DNA from: Dehalococcoidia bacterium UBA1141
GTDB taxonomy: Bacteria > Chloroflexota > Dehalococcoidia > Lucifugimonadales > UBA3495
Assembly: GCA_002311385.1 (NCBI GenBank)
Contig: DCAE01000097.1
Location: 2,403 to 66,402, forward strand
Reading direction: 5' to 3'
DNA length: 64,000 nt
The notes below the pieces were generated by a model. It saw nothing but the letters and a program-made list of their open reading frames with translations, was not told the origin of the DNA and made no database searches. The position numbers and the translations under genes are program-made. Positions 9,665-19,871 of this stretch are shown piece by piece (position 1 is the first letter of the stretch; the number at the start of each line of letters is the position of its first letter).

Positions 9665-11023
9665 ATGCCGGAGCCGTTCAGCCTAGGTGTGGCCGGAGCA
9701 GCAAAAGATATTAGAGACAAAGGTCTTTCTCCCGTAACCTTGGCGGAATCTTTATTGGACCGCATCGACACCTTGGACCCGGCGCTAAAAGCCTGGGTCA
9801 CCATTGACCGGGAAGAAGTGATTAGCACCGCCCACGAGTTGGAGCAAGAGCTAACTGAAAAGGGTCCCAGGGGACCTATTCACGGTGTGCCGGTGGGGCT
9901 AAAGGACATTTTTTACACCGAGGGAATGCTCACCGCCGCAGGGTCGCGGATTTACGCCGATTTCGTGCCTAAATACGATGCCACCACCGTCACCAAGATC
10001 AAGGAGGCCGGGGGAATCATACTTGGCAAGGCCGTGACCACAGAGTTCGCCATGGCCGACCCTTCGCCTTCTATAAACCCTTGGAACAAGACCCACACTC
10101 CGGGCGGGTCCAGCAGCGGATCGTCGGTGGCGGTGGCTGCCCGCATGTGCGCCGCAGCCTTGGGGTCTCAGACCGGTGGTTCCACCTGCCGCCCGGCGGC
10201 CTACAACGGCATCGTTGGATTGAAAGCGACCTACGGGCGCATCAGCCGCTACGGAGTGGTGCCGGTGAGTTGGTCGTTGGACACCGTGGGCATTCTTGTT
10301 CGAAACGTGGAAGACGCCGCTGTAATGCTTCAGGTATTGGCGGGATATGACGAGAAGGACCCTGGGTCCGCCAATGTGCCCGTCCCTGATTATCTGAAAG
10401 AAATGAGCGAACTGGACCGGCCACCAAGAATCGGCTTGATCAAAGAATATTACTCTGATAAATCCAGCGCAGAAATCTGGAGTCACACACAAGATGTGGC
10501 ACAGCAACTAGCCAAAGCCGGCGCTGATATCGTGGAGATTGGCCTACCCAAAAGCTTTGCCACAGCCCACGACTGCCAGAGAATCGTCAGCAACGTAGAG
10601 TGCGCCGCTTTCCATGAGCAGTGGCACCGGGAGCGTGCCGACGATTATGGAGCGAAGCTGCGGGCGAACATCGAAGTGGGTATGCTCATACCCGGCATAC
10701 GTTACGTTCAAGCCCAACGTCTGCGCCGGGAGTTCCGCCAAGACATGGTGGAGATGGTCAAACAGGTTGATGCCGTGATGACCCCCTCGGCGCCCACACC
10801 GGCCCCCCTTGGCCTGGAGAGCACCGGCGACCCGGCATTTCAGCAACCCTGGACCTCCAGCGGACTGCCCAGTATCGCCGTTCCTTCTGGGATTAACAGC
10901 GACGGGCTACCCTTGTCGGTTCAGTTTGGTGGCCTCCCTTTTGAAGAGGGGGCTCTGCTGGCAGCTGCAAAGTGGTGTGAAAACGCCTTGGGAGTAGAGT
11001 TGTCGCCGCCGGATTTTAGCTAG
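9665..11023 (+). CDS. Amidase-signature (GatA-like) amidase
   Basis: 452 aa with the signature GGSSSGSSVAVAA and flanking KD...TT...GS motifs; AAAGGAGAG SD. Confidence 0.9.
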   Translation: MPEPFSLGVAGAAKDIRDKGLSPVTLAESLLDRIDTLDPALKAWVTIDREEVISTAHELEQELTEKGPRGPIHGVPVGLKDIFYTEGMLTAAGSRIYADFVPKYDATTVTKIKEAGGIILGKAVTTEFAMADPSPSINPWNKTHTPGGSSSGSSVAVAARMCAAALGSQTGGSTCRPAAYNGIVGLKATYGRISRYGVVPVSWSLDTVGILVRNVEDAAVMLQVLAGYDEKDPGSANVPVPDYLKEMSELDRPPRIGLIKEYYSDKSSAEIWSHTQDVAQQLAKAGADIVEIGLPKSFATAHDCQRIVSNVECAAFHEQWHRERADDYGAKLRANIEVGMLIPGIRYVQAQRLRREFRQDMVEMVKQVDAVMTPSAPTPAPLGLESTGDPAFQQPWTSSGLPSIAVPSGINSDGLPLSVQFGGLPFEEGALLAAAKWCENALGVELSPPDFS

Positions 11024-11104
11024 ATTGGGATCATATTTTTCGCTGTCGTCCCAAACACTAGGGTCTGGCTAATAGGTTCTAGTATTAAAGGTGCGCCACG
11101 CCCG

Positions 11105-11137
11105 GATTCTTCGCCGCTGCGGCTGGCTCAGAATGAC
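11105..11137. repeat. REP-like palindromic element (GTCATTC...GAATC family)
   Basis: GATTCTTCGCCGCTGCGGCTGGCTCAGAATGAC. Related copies lie at 15331-15361 and 46119-46143. Confidence 0.45.
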
Positions 11138-11330
11138 AATAATAATGATTTGATTGGCTACTGAATATTTTCCACACCGACGACTTTCGATTTGTAAACG
11201 ATTGATAAACCATTTCAATCAGCCCCGCATCTAAATTGAGTGCGCTAAATGTGCAGAAATGATACAGAACTAAAACAATCTTGCACGCAGCCCGTAAGAC
11301 ATAGGGTGATGGGCTCTAGGTTTGGGGGAA

Positions 11331-12773
11331 ATGGCTAAATCTTCTTATGACTTGGTGGTTATTGGCGCAGGCTCGGCAGGATTGACCGCCGCTGAATTTA
11401 GTGCCCAACTTGGCCAGCGGGTTGCTCTAATCGAGAAGATCCGAATCGGCGGCGACTGTACGTGGAGCGGGTGCGTTCCCAGCAAAGCCTTGCTTAAAGC
11501 CGCCAAACTTGCTCATCAGATGCGGACATCTCAGCAATATGGGCTCGGCATGGGTGAGGCTAGAGTGGATTTCAGCGCCGTGATGGAGCGGGTTAGCGGC
11601 GTTGTGGACCAGGTTTATCAGGGAGAGACCCCTGAAGTTCTGCAAGGAAAGGGCATAGAAGTAATAGAGGGTAGCGCCCGATTTCTTGACTCAAAAACCC
11701 TTGCAATAGAGCCGCCCAACCCAAGCGAAGCCAGCTTCAACTTGACCGCACGACGTTTCATCATCGCCACTGGGGCAAAACCCTTTGTGCCGCCCATACC
11801 GGGTTTGGAAGAAGTTGACTACCTGACCTATGAAACGGTATGGGCATTGCGCGAATTGCCAGCCAGGCTAATCGTTGTGGGCGCCGGGCCCATTGGGTGC
11901 GAGTTGGCCCAGGCGTTTTGCCGCCTGGGTTCCAGTGTAATCTTGATCGAGGGAGCAGACCGAATCTTGCTCCAAGACGAGCCGGAAGTGGCCGAATTGC
12001 TGTCCCGTCAACTGACCCAAGAGGGTGTCGATCTGCGCCTGGGCTCAGCGGTACAGCGCGCTTGGCAAGGTGACGACGGTATTCATGTGGACTTGGGGGG
12101 CAGCGAGGTGGTGGGGGACGCTCTATTGATGTCGGTGGGCCGCTCAGCAAACGTCACCGGCCTGGGTTTGGACGAGGCTGGCGTGGCATACACTGCAAAG
12201 GGCATTCAGGTGAATAACCGTCTGCGCACCAGCCAGAAGCGCATCTTGGCCGCAGGCGATTGCGCCGGGGGTTTTCAATTCACCCACTATGCGGCTTGGC
12301 AAGGATTCATGGCAGTTCGCAACGCCCTCATGCCCGGCCTTTCCGTGAGGGCTGTCCTTGACCGCGTGCCTTGGACGACGTTTACCGACCCGGAAGTAGC
12401 CCACGTGGGCTACACCGAAAGCCAGGCCCGGGCCAAGCTAGGCAGTAGTGTGGTGGTGAGCACATTCCCCATGGAGCGGGTGGACCGGGCGATAACCGAG
12501 GGCGATACTTCGGGATTTATCAAGGTTATTCACCGCCCCAACGGGAAGATTCTCGGAGCCACTATCGTATCGGCCAGGGCCGGAGAAATGATTCACGAGT
12601 ATGCCCTGGCAATGGACAAAGGGCTCAGGATTCGGCACTTGGCGGAATCAATCCACGTATATCCAACCTATTCACTGGGCACCATGCAACTGGCCGCCCA
12701 AGTCAGAGTGAACCAAGTTATGGAAGGGACCACCGGGAAATTCCTGAAAGGCTTGACGAAGTTGGCGCGCTAG
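11331..12773 (+). CDS. FAD-dependent pyridine nucleotide-disulfide oxidoreductase (dihydrolipoamide dehydrogenase / mercuric reductase-like)
   Basis: YDLVVIGAGSAG FAD motif, redox-active GGDCTWSGCVPSK, a second GAGPIGCE Rossmann motif, and a C-terminal dimerisation domain with HVYPT. Confidence 0.85.
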   Translation: MAKSSYDLVVIGAGSAGLTAAEFSAQLGQRVALIEKIRIGGDCTWSGCVPSKALLKAAKLAHQMRTSQQYGLGMGEARVDFSAVMERVSGVVDQVYQGETPEVLQGKGIEVIEGSARFLDSKTLAIEPPNPSEASFNLTARRFIIATGAKPFVPPIPGLEEVDYLTYETVWALRELPARLIVVGAGPIGCELAQAFCRLGSSVILIEGADRILLQDEPEVAELLSRQLTQEGVDLRLGSAVQRAWQGDDGIHVDLGGSEVVGDALLMSVGRSANVTGLGLDEAGVAYTAKGIQVNNRLRTSQKRILAAGDCAGGFQFTHYAAWQGFMAVRNALMPGLSVRAVLDRVPWTTFTDPEVAHVGYTESQARAKLGSSVVVSTFPMERVDRAITEGDTSGFIKVIHRPNGKILGATIVSARAGEMIHEYALAMDKGLRIRHLAESIHVYPTYSLGTMQLAAQVRVNQVMEGTTGKFLKGLTKLAR

Positions 12774-12848
12774 ATTACCCGTGAATAAAAAGGAGGCGCA
12801 TGACTTAGTCGATTCGCCTCTTAAGTATGGGTAGCTGGGTGAAAACGG

Positions 12849-13799
12849 TCAGAAAACAGCGATGGGATTAACCGGTGAGCCGGTGGTGTTGTGCAGGCGC
12901 AGCGGGCCAATGGATACCATGAACTCCCACCGGTTGCGCTTCTTGCACTCTTCGGCGACCTCTTCCAAGTTGGCGTTGTCCAGGATCCAAATACCCATGG
13001 CCGTTATGGAAACTTGGTGAATGGGGCTGGGCACCTTTTCGTATTGGGGCGGGCTAACGTCGTTTCCGGTGTCCGAGCCAAGCATGGATATTCCGCGCTC
13101 GTAGAACAGGGGCAAGCAGCTTGCCTGACAAGCCGTGGAGCCTGCGGCTCGGTCCACCGGACCTTCCAGGTTACGCCGGCGCAACTGGCCGGTGCGCACC
13201 AGCAATATGTCCCCCTCCTCAACTTTGAAGCCACAACGTTCTTCGGCGGCCAGAATATCGTCAATCATCACCCCTTCACCGCGCTCCACCCAATCGATAC
13301 CCCGGATCATGGGTACGTCGACCAAAACGCCTCGGGCAATCATACCGTTTTTAGCCTCTTCCACCGAGCCGAAGGTGGCGCCCATGCTGGTGGAAACCAT
13401 ATGGGCGGGAAATCCATTATAGGTTTTCCCTTCCCAAAAGAAGTGGGAAAGGCTATCGACGTGGGTCACCGTGTAGCCGTGGAATATCATGCCGAAATAA
13501 TCCGTGGCCGCAGGAAAAGCGCGAGAACTGATTTTGTCTCCGCTGGCCCAGCCCTCTCCGCTCTCAACCATGAAGTGGACCGGTGGTGACGGAGCGTCGG
13601 CGCTGGGCTCAAAACTGACGGTGCGGGACATTGTAATTCTGAGACCATCCTCCACCAAGTCGATGGCCCGCTTGGTTACGGCGGGGGTAATCAAGTTGGG
13701 AGCGCCTAATTGGTCTTCAGCTCCCCAGCGGCCCCAGTTGGAGAATTTCTTGAAGTAGCTTAGTACTTCATCTTCCGAGGGAATGTTCGCCTGTGCCAT
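12849..13799 (-). CDS. Cyclase-family protein (arylformamidase/kynurenine formamidase-like)
   Basis: 316 aa with WGRWGAEDQLG, THVDSLSHF and a central barrel region typical of the putative-cyclase family. Confidence 0.75.
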   Translation of the reverse strand: MAQANIPSEDEVLSYFKKFSNWGRWGAEDQLGAPNLITPAVTKRAIDLVEDGLRITMSRTVSFEPSADAPSPPVHFMVESGEGWASGDKISSRAFPAATDYFGMIFHGYTVTHVDSLSHFFWEGKTYNGFPAHMVSTSMGATFGSVEEAKNGMIARGVLVDVPMIRGIDWVERGEGVMIDDILAAEERCGFKVEEGDILLVRTGQLRRRNLEGPVDRAAGSTACQASCLPLFYERGISMLGSDTGNDVSPPQYEKVPSPIHQVSITAMGIWILDNANLEEVAEECKKRNRWEFMVSIGPLRLHNTTGSPVNPIAVF

Positions 13800-13851
13800 T
13801 GAATTACTCCTTAGTGTTGTTTAGTGCCCTGTTGATTAGTGTCGGGGTTAA

Positions 13852-15204
13852 TCAGTCCACCGGGGGAAATAGATTCACATCCAAAATGCCCTCGCACCAG
13901 TGGGCGGCGGCCAATAATCCAGCTTCATTGTAGGGTTTGGCTATCAGCTGTATGCCGAAGGGCAATCCAGACTCGCCCAGCCCGGAAGGCATGGTGATAC
14001 AAGGCAGTCCGCAGGATGTCCAAGGGCCTTGAAACATAGTATTCCCTGTGTTGGTCACGTCGGGCAGAGACGGCGTGGGAGTTGAAGGTGTTAGCAAAAC
14101 GTCAGTCTTCTCCGACAACTGATGCATATCGTCGATGAATCGCAGCCTTCGTTCCAGCGCCCGTGAGTAGACTACCGGGTCGGTGGCCAGACCCCGGCCA
14201 ATCATCGCTCTTATGTTGGGTTGATAATCCTGGGCCTGCTTTTCGTACATGGGCTGGTGGAAAGCTGCCCCTTCCACCGCCATGATGACCTGCTGGTCCT
14301 CAATGGCCGTGTCGATGCTGTCAGGCACCGCGATTTCCTCAATCACAGCACCGGCATGGCCGAGTTGCTCCAGAACAGCATCGGTGTGCTTGCGAGTCTC
14401 ATCGCTGGCGTTGTCGAAAAAGAAGCGCCGCAGAACGCCAATGCGGGGCGCTCCCGGTGACTTCAAACCGGCAAGATAATCGGGAACCTCCCGGCGGGAG
14501 GATATAGGGTCATCTCCGTCAGGACCGGCCATGACCTGCAACATCAACGCAGCGTCTTCAACGCTTCTAGTCATCCAACCCACGGTGTCCAGGGACCAAC
14601 TCACCGGTATGACGCCGTGGCGGCTGACCCTTCCATAGGTTGGCTTTAGCCCCACCACGCCGTTGTAAGAGGCTGGCCTGAGCACCGAACCAACCGTTTG
14701 GGAACCCATGGCAGTCGGGCACATCCGGGACGCCACAGCAACCGCCGACCCGCTGCTGGAACCGCCTGGGGTATGGGCGGCGTTCCAGGGATTCAAGGTT
14801 GGCGGCGGGTCCATGCAAGCGAACTCGGTGGTCACTGTTTTACCCAGCATGATGGCCCCGGCGTTTTTCATCAAGGTCACAGTAGTGGCGTCGTATTCAG
14901 GGACATGATTGGCATATACCTTGGAGCAAGCGGTCGTGGGTATCCCGGCGGTAAAGTATATGTCCTTCAGGGCGATGGGCACCCCGTGAAGTGGGCCGAT
15001 GCTGGCGTTCCCTTCCAACTGCCTGAGTTTCTCCTGCGCATCCGATAATACCGAGTCCTTGTCCAAGTAGACCCAGGCATTTAGCTGCGGCTCAAGCTTC
15101 TCGATCCTCTCGAGAAGAGCCTGTACTAGGTCCACGGGGGACAACTGTCGCTCCCGTATCTGCCGGGCAATCTGGGCCACGCCTAATTCATGTAGCTGGG
15201 CCAT
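13852..15204 (-). CDS. Amidase-signature amidase
   Basis: GGSSSGSAVAVAS signature. The start was moved to the ATG at 15204, directly after a GGAGGAGAA SD. Confidence 0.9.
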   Translation of the reverse strand: MAQLHELGVAQIARQIRERQLSPVDLVQALLERIEKLEPQLNAWVYLDKDSVLSDAQEKLRQLEGNASIGPLHGVPIALKDIYFTAGIPTTACSKVYANHVPEYDATTVTLMKNAGAIMLGKTVTTEFACMDPPPTLNPWNAAHTPGGSSSGSAVAVASRMCPTAMGSQTVGSVLRPASYNGVVGLKPTYGRVSRHGVIPVSWSLDTVGWMTRSVEDAALMLQVMAGPDGDDPISSRREVPDYLAGLKSPGAPRIGVLRRFFFDNASDETRKHTDAVLEQLGHAGAVIEEIAVPDSIDTAIEDQQVIMAVEGAAFHQPMYEKQAQDYQPNIRAMIGRGLATDPVVYSRALERRLRFIDDMHQLSEKTDVLLTPSTPTPSLPDVTNTGNTMFQGPWTSCGLPCITMPSGLGESGLPFGIQLIAKPYNEAGLLAAAHWCEGILDVNLFPPVD

Positions 15205-15271
15205 TTCTCCTCCATTGTCGATGGTCGTACGCAAGTGTCTTCCGGCATGGCAACGCAATTTAAGCAAGGGG

Positions 15272-15361
15272 TCTCAGGCGTTGGTTATACCCCCTAACAT
15301 CGCAGAGCAGTGATTTTCAGCAACGCCTGAGATTCCTCTTCGCTGCGCTCATCGGAATGAC
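15272..15361. repeat. Intergenic 12-bp-stem hairpin joined to a REP-like element
   Basis: tctcaggcgttg (15272-15283) pairs with caacgcctgaga (15321-15332). It is followed by GATTCCTCTTCGCTGCGCTCATCGGAATGAC (15331-15361), related to the 11105 element. Confidence 0.5.
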
Positions 15362-15415
15362 AACGTGGCGGTTCATCGGATTGACATGGCTTGGTTATCA
15401 AGTGATGATTTTCCC

Positions 15416-16831
15416 TTATATCGGCGTCCTGCGGTTGTGCCAGTCCGTGGCTTGCTCAAAAGAGTGGGCCACTCGGAAAAGGGTTTCCTCGGTAAACGGT
15501 TTGCCTGCCAGTTGAAGGCCTATGGGCAGATTTCCGCTGGTGAAGCCGCAATTTATCGACATTGCTGGCAGGTTGGCCAGGTTGAATGGGGCCGTGAAGC
15601 TGCGCCTTCCGGCATAGCCTTCCAGCACTTCTTCCTTGCTGTTGATGCCCGCTTTGGCCGGAATCAGCGTTGCCGGGACTGACGATGTTGGCATAATCAA
15701 GACGTCGACCTGCTGGAGGACGGCCAGTATTTGCTGGCGCAACATGTCCCTTAGCCTTACCGCTTTCTGGTGGACTCGGGCGGGCACTATGGCCCCGGAC
15801 AGCAACCTGACCCTATTGTTGTGGTCGTACTCACCCAAGTGTTCCGCCATTGTTCGGGCGTGAGGAGCCTGGGCATCCACCATGATCACCGCCGACGAAA
15901 TAACTGCCGACTGGACAATCAATGGGATCGAGACGTCTTGGATTTCCGCACCCAACTCGCCCAGGACGGTGATGGCTCGCTGGACACCCTGCTTCACCTC
16001 CGGGTCCACGGCGTCGGTATCCACCCGTTCGGCTATAACCCCAACTTTCAGTCCTTGGATGCCGCCGTGTAGACCGGAGAGATAATCCGGGACCGGCACG
16101 TTCCACGTGTGAGGGTCCTTGGGGTCATAGCCAGCAATCGCCCCCAAGGTCATAGCGCAATCCGACACCGTGCGGGAGATTGGTCCGACAATGTCCATGG
16201 ACCAAGAAGCTCCCAATACTCCGTAGCGGCTGACCCTACCGTAACTTGGCCGAATGCCAGCCAGTCCGCAAAATGCCGCTGGACCCCGGATTGAACCCCC
16301 TGTGTCCTCGCCCAAAGATGTCGCACAAAGATGAGCCGCCGTGGCTGCTCCCGACCCGCTGCTGGAGGTTCCCGGGTTACGGGACAGGTCCCATGGATTT
16401 CTGGGCCGCCCGTATGGGTGATGAAAAGCGTCGCCCATGGCGTATTCGCTCATGTTCAACTTTCCCAGTACTATTGCACCGGCGTTTTTTAGCTTGGAAA
16501 CCACCGTTGAATCCTCATCCGGCACGAAGTCCTTTAGGATGGACGACCCTCCGGTGGTCAGTATTCCTTTAGTGTTGAACTGGTCTTTCACGCCCACGGG
16601 AATTCCGTGCATGGGGCCGCGGTAGTTGCCAGCGGCAATCTGATCTTCGGCGGAGCGGGCTTGGTCCAACGCCTCTTTCCGGCACACGGTGATATAGGAG
16701 TTGAGCTGGCTGTCCACTGCGTCGATACGGTCTAGATAGGCTTGTGTAGCCTCCACCGAGGAAACCTCGCGTGATTTAATCAGTCCAGCCAATTCGGTGG
16801 CGGTAAAGAAAGGGATCTCGCTTTTTTCCAT
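15416..16831 (-). CDS. Amidase-signature amidase
   Basis: 471 aa with a GTSSSGSGAATAA signature; third amidase paralog within 7 kb. Confidence 0.9.
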   Translation of the reverse strand: MEKSEIPFFTATELAGLIKSREVSSVEATQAYLDRIDAVDSQLNSYITVCRKEALDQARSAEDQIAAGNYRGPMHGIPVGVKDQFNTKGILTTGGSSILKDFVPDEDSTVVSKLKNAGAIVLGKLNMSEYAMGDAFHHPYGRPRNPWDLSRNPGTSSSGSGAATAAHLCATSLGEDTGGSIRGPAAFCGLAGIRPSYGRVSRYGVLGASWSMDIVGPISRTVSDCAMTLGAIAGYDPKDPHTWNVPVPDYLSGLHGGIQGLKVGVIAERVDTDAVDPEVKQGVQRAITVLGELGAEIQDVSIPLIVQSAVISSAVIMVDAQAPHARTMAEHLGEYDHNNRVRLLSGAIVPARVHQKAVRLRDMLRQQILAVLQQVDVLIMPTSSVPATLIPAKAGINSKEEVLEGYAGRRSFTAPFNLANLPAMSINCGFTSGNLPIGLQLAGKPFTEETLFRVAHSFEQATDWHNRRTPI

Positions 16832-16920
16832 CTGAACCTCGAAGGTCTCTTCAATTTCTCCCTGATTGCTCGATCAATCGGTCTTCCGGAACAGGTCATC
16901 AGCAGGCTAGGTTTGCGCGC

Positions 16921-16947
16921 GGCCATTTTGCACAGGGCCATTTTGCA
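16921..16947. promoter_or_regulatory. Direct repeat GGCCATTTTGCA x2 (15-bp period) in a divergent intergenic region
   Basis: Exact 12-mers at 16921-16932 and 16936-16947, between the amidase start (16831, minus) and glmU (17139, plus). A TGgTATAAT extended -10-like box lies at 17026-17034. Confidence 0.3.
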
Positions 16948-17138
16948 ATCGTAGTTGGGGCTTGTCAACGCCCTCGACAGCGGTCTAAATTCGCCTCCGG
17001 TGGGGCAACAAGCGACTTTAGCCGCTGGTATAATTCACGATTGATGGGTAGGAGACTGACCTGGAGTGCAGCAAATGGTTCCCGCCCAGATTACAGCGCC
17101 AAATAGTTAGCTTGGAATTTCTCCTGAGAGGTGTCCTG

Positions 17139-18524
17139 ATGAGTCAGTGGGCTGGAGTTGTGCTGGCGGCTGGCATGGGTGTCAGAATGAAATCGCGCCT
17201 TCCCAAAGTCCTTCATCCTGTCTGCGGCAAGGAGATGGTACGGTATCCCGTGGATTTGCTGCAGGGCTTGGGGGTGGAAAGGATATTGGTGGTTGTTTCG
17301 CCCACGAACAGGGTGGAAGTGGAGAAAGCCCTGGGAGACAAAGTTGAGTATGTTGAACAAGCGACTGCCAATGGCACCGGTGACGCTGTGTTGCAAACGG
17401 CAAATCGACTCATGGCAAATCGACTTAATGGAGCGGAAGACGATAATCCTGAACATCTCATCATTCTGGGCGCAGACTCACCCCTTTTGGAAGCCGAAAG
17501 TTTAAGTCGGCTTATGTCCACCCACTTGGAGAAGACCAGCAACATGACCATCTTGACCGGTGACTTTGATACCCCCGGTGATTTGGGACGGGTGCAAAGG
17601 AACGGCACCGGGCAGGTAATTGGCATAGTGGAAGCCGCCACCGGGGAAGGTCTAGAAGACTCGCCAGCGGAAATTAACGGCGGCGTTTACTGCTTCTCCG
17701 CCCCGTGGCTATGGGAACACTTGCCCCAAGTTGAGGCCAGCCCCGTGGGAGAGGTCTATCTCACCGCACTGGCCTCCATGAATTCAGAAGGCAACGCAAG
17801 CATAAACGCAGTAAAAATCGCCCGCGCCAATGACCTGCAAGGCGTGAACAACCGTGTCCAACTAGCCCAGGTTGAAGCCGAGCTTCGCCAGCGAATCAAC
17901 CAGCGATGGATGCTGGACGGCGTGACCATATTTGATCCCGCTTCGGTGTTTATCGACGCCGAGGTTACCATCGGCCAGGATGCGGTCATATTGCCCAACA
18001 CCATGCTTTTGGGCCGAACAACGGTGGGTGAGGAATCCGAAATCGGGCCCGGGTCCGTGCTTCGCGATTCATCAGTGGGCAACCGATGCCGTGTCACAAC
18101 GTCGGTGCTGGAAGATGCGGTCATGGAAGACGGGGCAAACATTGGCCCATTCAGTCACCTGCGCTCCGGAGCGTACTTGGAATCCGGTGTCCATATTGGC
18201 AACTTCGCCGAGATTAAAGAAAGCCGGCTGGCGGTTGGGTCTCTGATGGGGCATTTCGGTTACATAGGGGACGCTTCAATCGGAGCCAACGTAAACTTGG
18301 GCGCAGGCATGGTCACATGCAACTACGATGGCCGGGAGAAACACCGGACCAACATCGGAGCAGGTGTATTCATAGGCTGCGATACTATGCTGGTAGCGCC
18401 GGTCACAGTGGGCGACGACGCCGTAACCGGGGCCGGTTCCGTCATTACCGAAGATGTTCCGCAAGGTAGACTAGCTGTTGGTGTACCTGCTAGAATAGTT
18501 GTTAGGAAATCAGATAACACTTAG
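17139..18524 (+). CDS. glmU: Bifunctional UDP-N-acetylglucosamine pyrophosphorylase / glucosamine-1-phosphate N-acetyltransferase
   Basis: N-terminus GVVLAAGMGVRMKSRLPKVLHPVCGK, plus C-terminal left-handed beta-helix hexapeptide repeats. The start was chosen at the ATG 17139. Confidence 0.9.
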   Translation: MSQWAGVVLAAGMGVRMKSRLPKVLHPVCGKEMVRYPVDLLQGLGVERILVVVSPTNRVEVEKALGDKVEYVEQATANGTGDAVLQTANRLMANRLNGAEDDNPEHLIILGADSPLLEAESLSRLMSTHLEKTSNMTILTGDFDTPGDLGRVQRNGTGQVIGIVEAATGEGLEDSPAEINGGVYCFSAPWLWEHLPQVEASPVGEVYLTALASMNSEGNASINAVKIARANDLQGVNNRVQLAQVEAELRQRINQRWMLDGVTIFDPASVFIDAEVTIGQDAVILPNTMLLGRTTVGEESEIGPGSVLRDSSVGNRCRVTTSVLEDAVMEDGANIGPFSHLRSGAYLESGVHIGNFAEIKESRLAVGSLMGHFGYIGDASIGANVNLGAGMVTCNYDGREKHRTNIGAGVFIGCDTMLVAPVTVGDDAVTGAGSVITEDVPQGRLAVGVPARIVVRKSDNT

Positions 18525-18629
18525 GTAATCCGCCGAATCTATCTGATTAACGCCGGTAAATATACAGGCGTTAGATCCAATCCTTGACTAGGAGTACCAT
18601 TCAAGTTCCCCTCAGGGTCGTTCTCGTCC

Positions 18630-19871
18630 GTGAGGGTACTGATTTTGAGTACAGACGACTTACCATCAGCCTTAGTGCTCGTAGTGTCCCTCGTTCTCTT
18701 TGCTTGCCTCAGCTTAGCCCACCACTCTCTCCTCTCTAACAGCCTTCGCTCTGGGAATAGTTTCACCGGCAACAGACAAGTCGCCACTCAGATTAAAGCC
18801 CTAATACCCTGGTTCAAGTACGCTTGCGTGATTGCGGTCGCTGTTTCCGGATTGGTCTTACTGCAGAACAGTTGGACCGAGCGGTGGTGGCCCGCTTCTC
18901 TTCTGGCCTTTGGTGTGTTGATTTTTCTCGCTGCGTTGGACCGGGCCGCCGGTTGGACGACCGGACGCCGTTCGAGTCGGTTTAACCCTCTTCAAAGAGC
19001 CGTGGACGGACGTTCCCAGGTTAACGGTTCCGAAGGCAAAAACGGCTTCAACGGAAATGGGAATGGTCTTGAAGGGCCGCTATCCGTAGACGGAGCGTCG
19101 AATCGGCCGCAACCCGAAATCACCGAGGCCGAGCTCAGCAGTTTGAATCATCGAGACAGAGAGATACTACGGTCGATTCTACGTCTAGACGTCACCACGA
19201 CTAGGGAAATCATGACCCCCAGGTTGGATATGGTAGCCGTTGAGGGTGATTCAACCTTGGCTCAGGTTTCCGACGTGCTGGTATCCAGCGGGCACAGCAG
19301 ATTGCCCGTCTACGAAGAGACTATCGATCGGATTCTGGGCGTCCTTTACTCCAGAGATGTGCTGGAAGCATTGGCTACTAAGAACCGCGACGAGAATATA
19401 CAGGATTTAATCAGACCGGCATTCATCATTCCCGAGTCGAAGCGTTTAGACGACCTTCTGGAAGAGCTACAGGAGCGGGGCGTGCAACTGGCCGTCGTAG
19501 TGGACGAATATGGCGGCACGGAAGGACTCATTACCATGGAGGATGTGCTGGAAGAAATCGTCGGCGAAATCGAAGACGAGTTCTCACAGACCCGTGAATC
19601 TTTGATTGACCGTCTGCCCGACGGTGGCGTCTTGGTCGACGCCGGGATAACCACCGAGGATGTGGAGGAGATTTTCGGCACGCGAATCGAGACCACCGAC
19701 GTGGATACCGCTGGGGGGCTGGTTTATCACAACTTGGGCAAAATCCCTCAGACCGGCGATGTGGTTATCACCGATAATCTCCGAATCGAGGTGATTTCAA
19801 TCTTGGGTCGCCGGCTTCGCAAGCTTAAGATTAACCAGGTCGAACTCAACGGCAAGGAAGTTCAGGAATAG
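18630..19871 (+). CDS. CNNM/CorC-HlyC family membrane protein (TM region + CBS pair + CorC_HlyC domain)
   Basis: TTREIMTPRLDMVAVEGDSTL...SGHSRLPVY CBS pair and a C-terminal transporter-associated domain. The N-terminal TM segments are divergent, with a Gly/Asn-rich linker. GTG start. Confidence 0.75.
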   Translation: MRVLILSTDDLPSALVLVVSLVLFACLSLAHHSLLSNSLRSGNSFTGNRQVATQIKALIPWFKYACVIAVAVSGLVLLQNSWTERWWPASLLAFGVLIFLAALDRAAGWTTGRRSSRFNPLQRAVDGRSQVNGSEGKNGFNGNGNGLEGPLSVDGASNRPQPEITEAELSSLNHRDREILRSILRLDVTTTREIMTPRLDMVAVEGDSTLAQVSDVLVSSGHSRLPVYEETIDRILGVLYSRDVLEALATKNRDENIQDLIRPAFIIPESKRLDDLLEELQERGVQLAVVVDEYGGTEGLITMEDVLEEIVGEIEDEFSQTRESLIDRLPDGGVLVDAGITTEDVEEIFGTRIETTDVDTAGGLVYHNLGKIPQTGDVVITDNLRIEVISILGRRLRKLKINQVELNGKEVQE

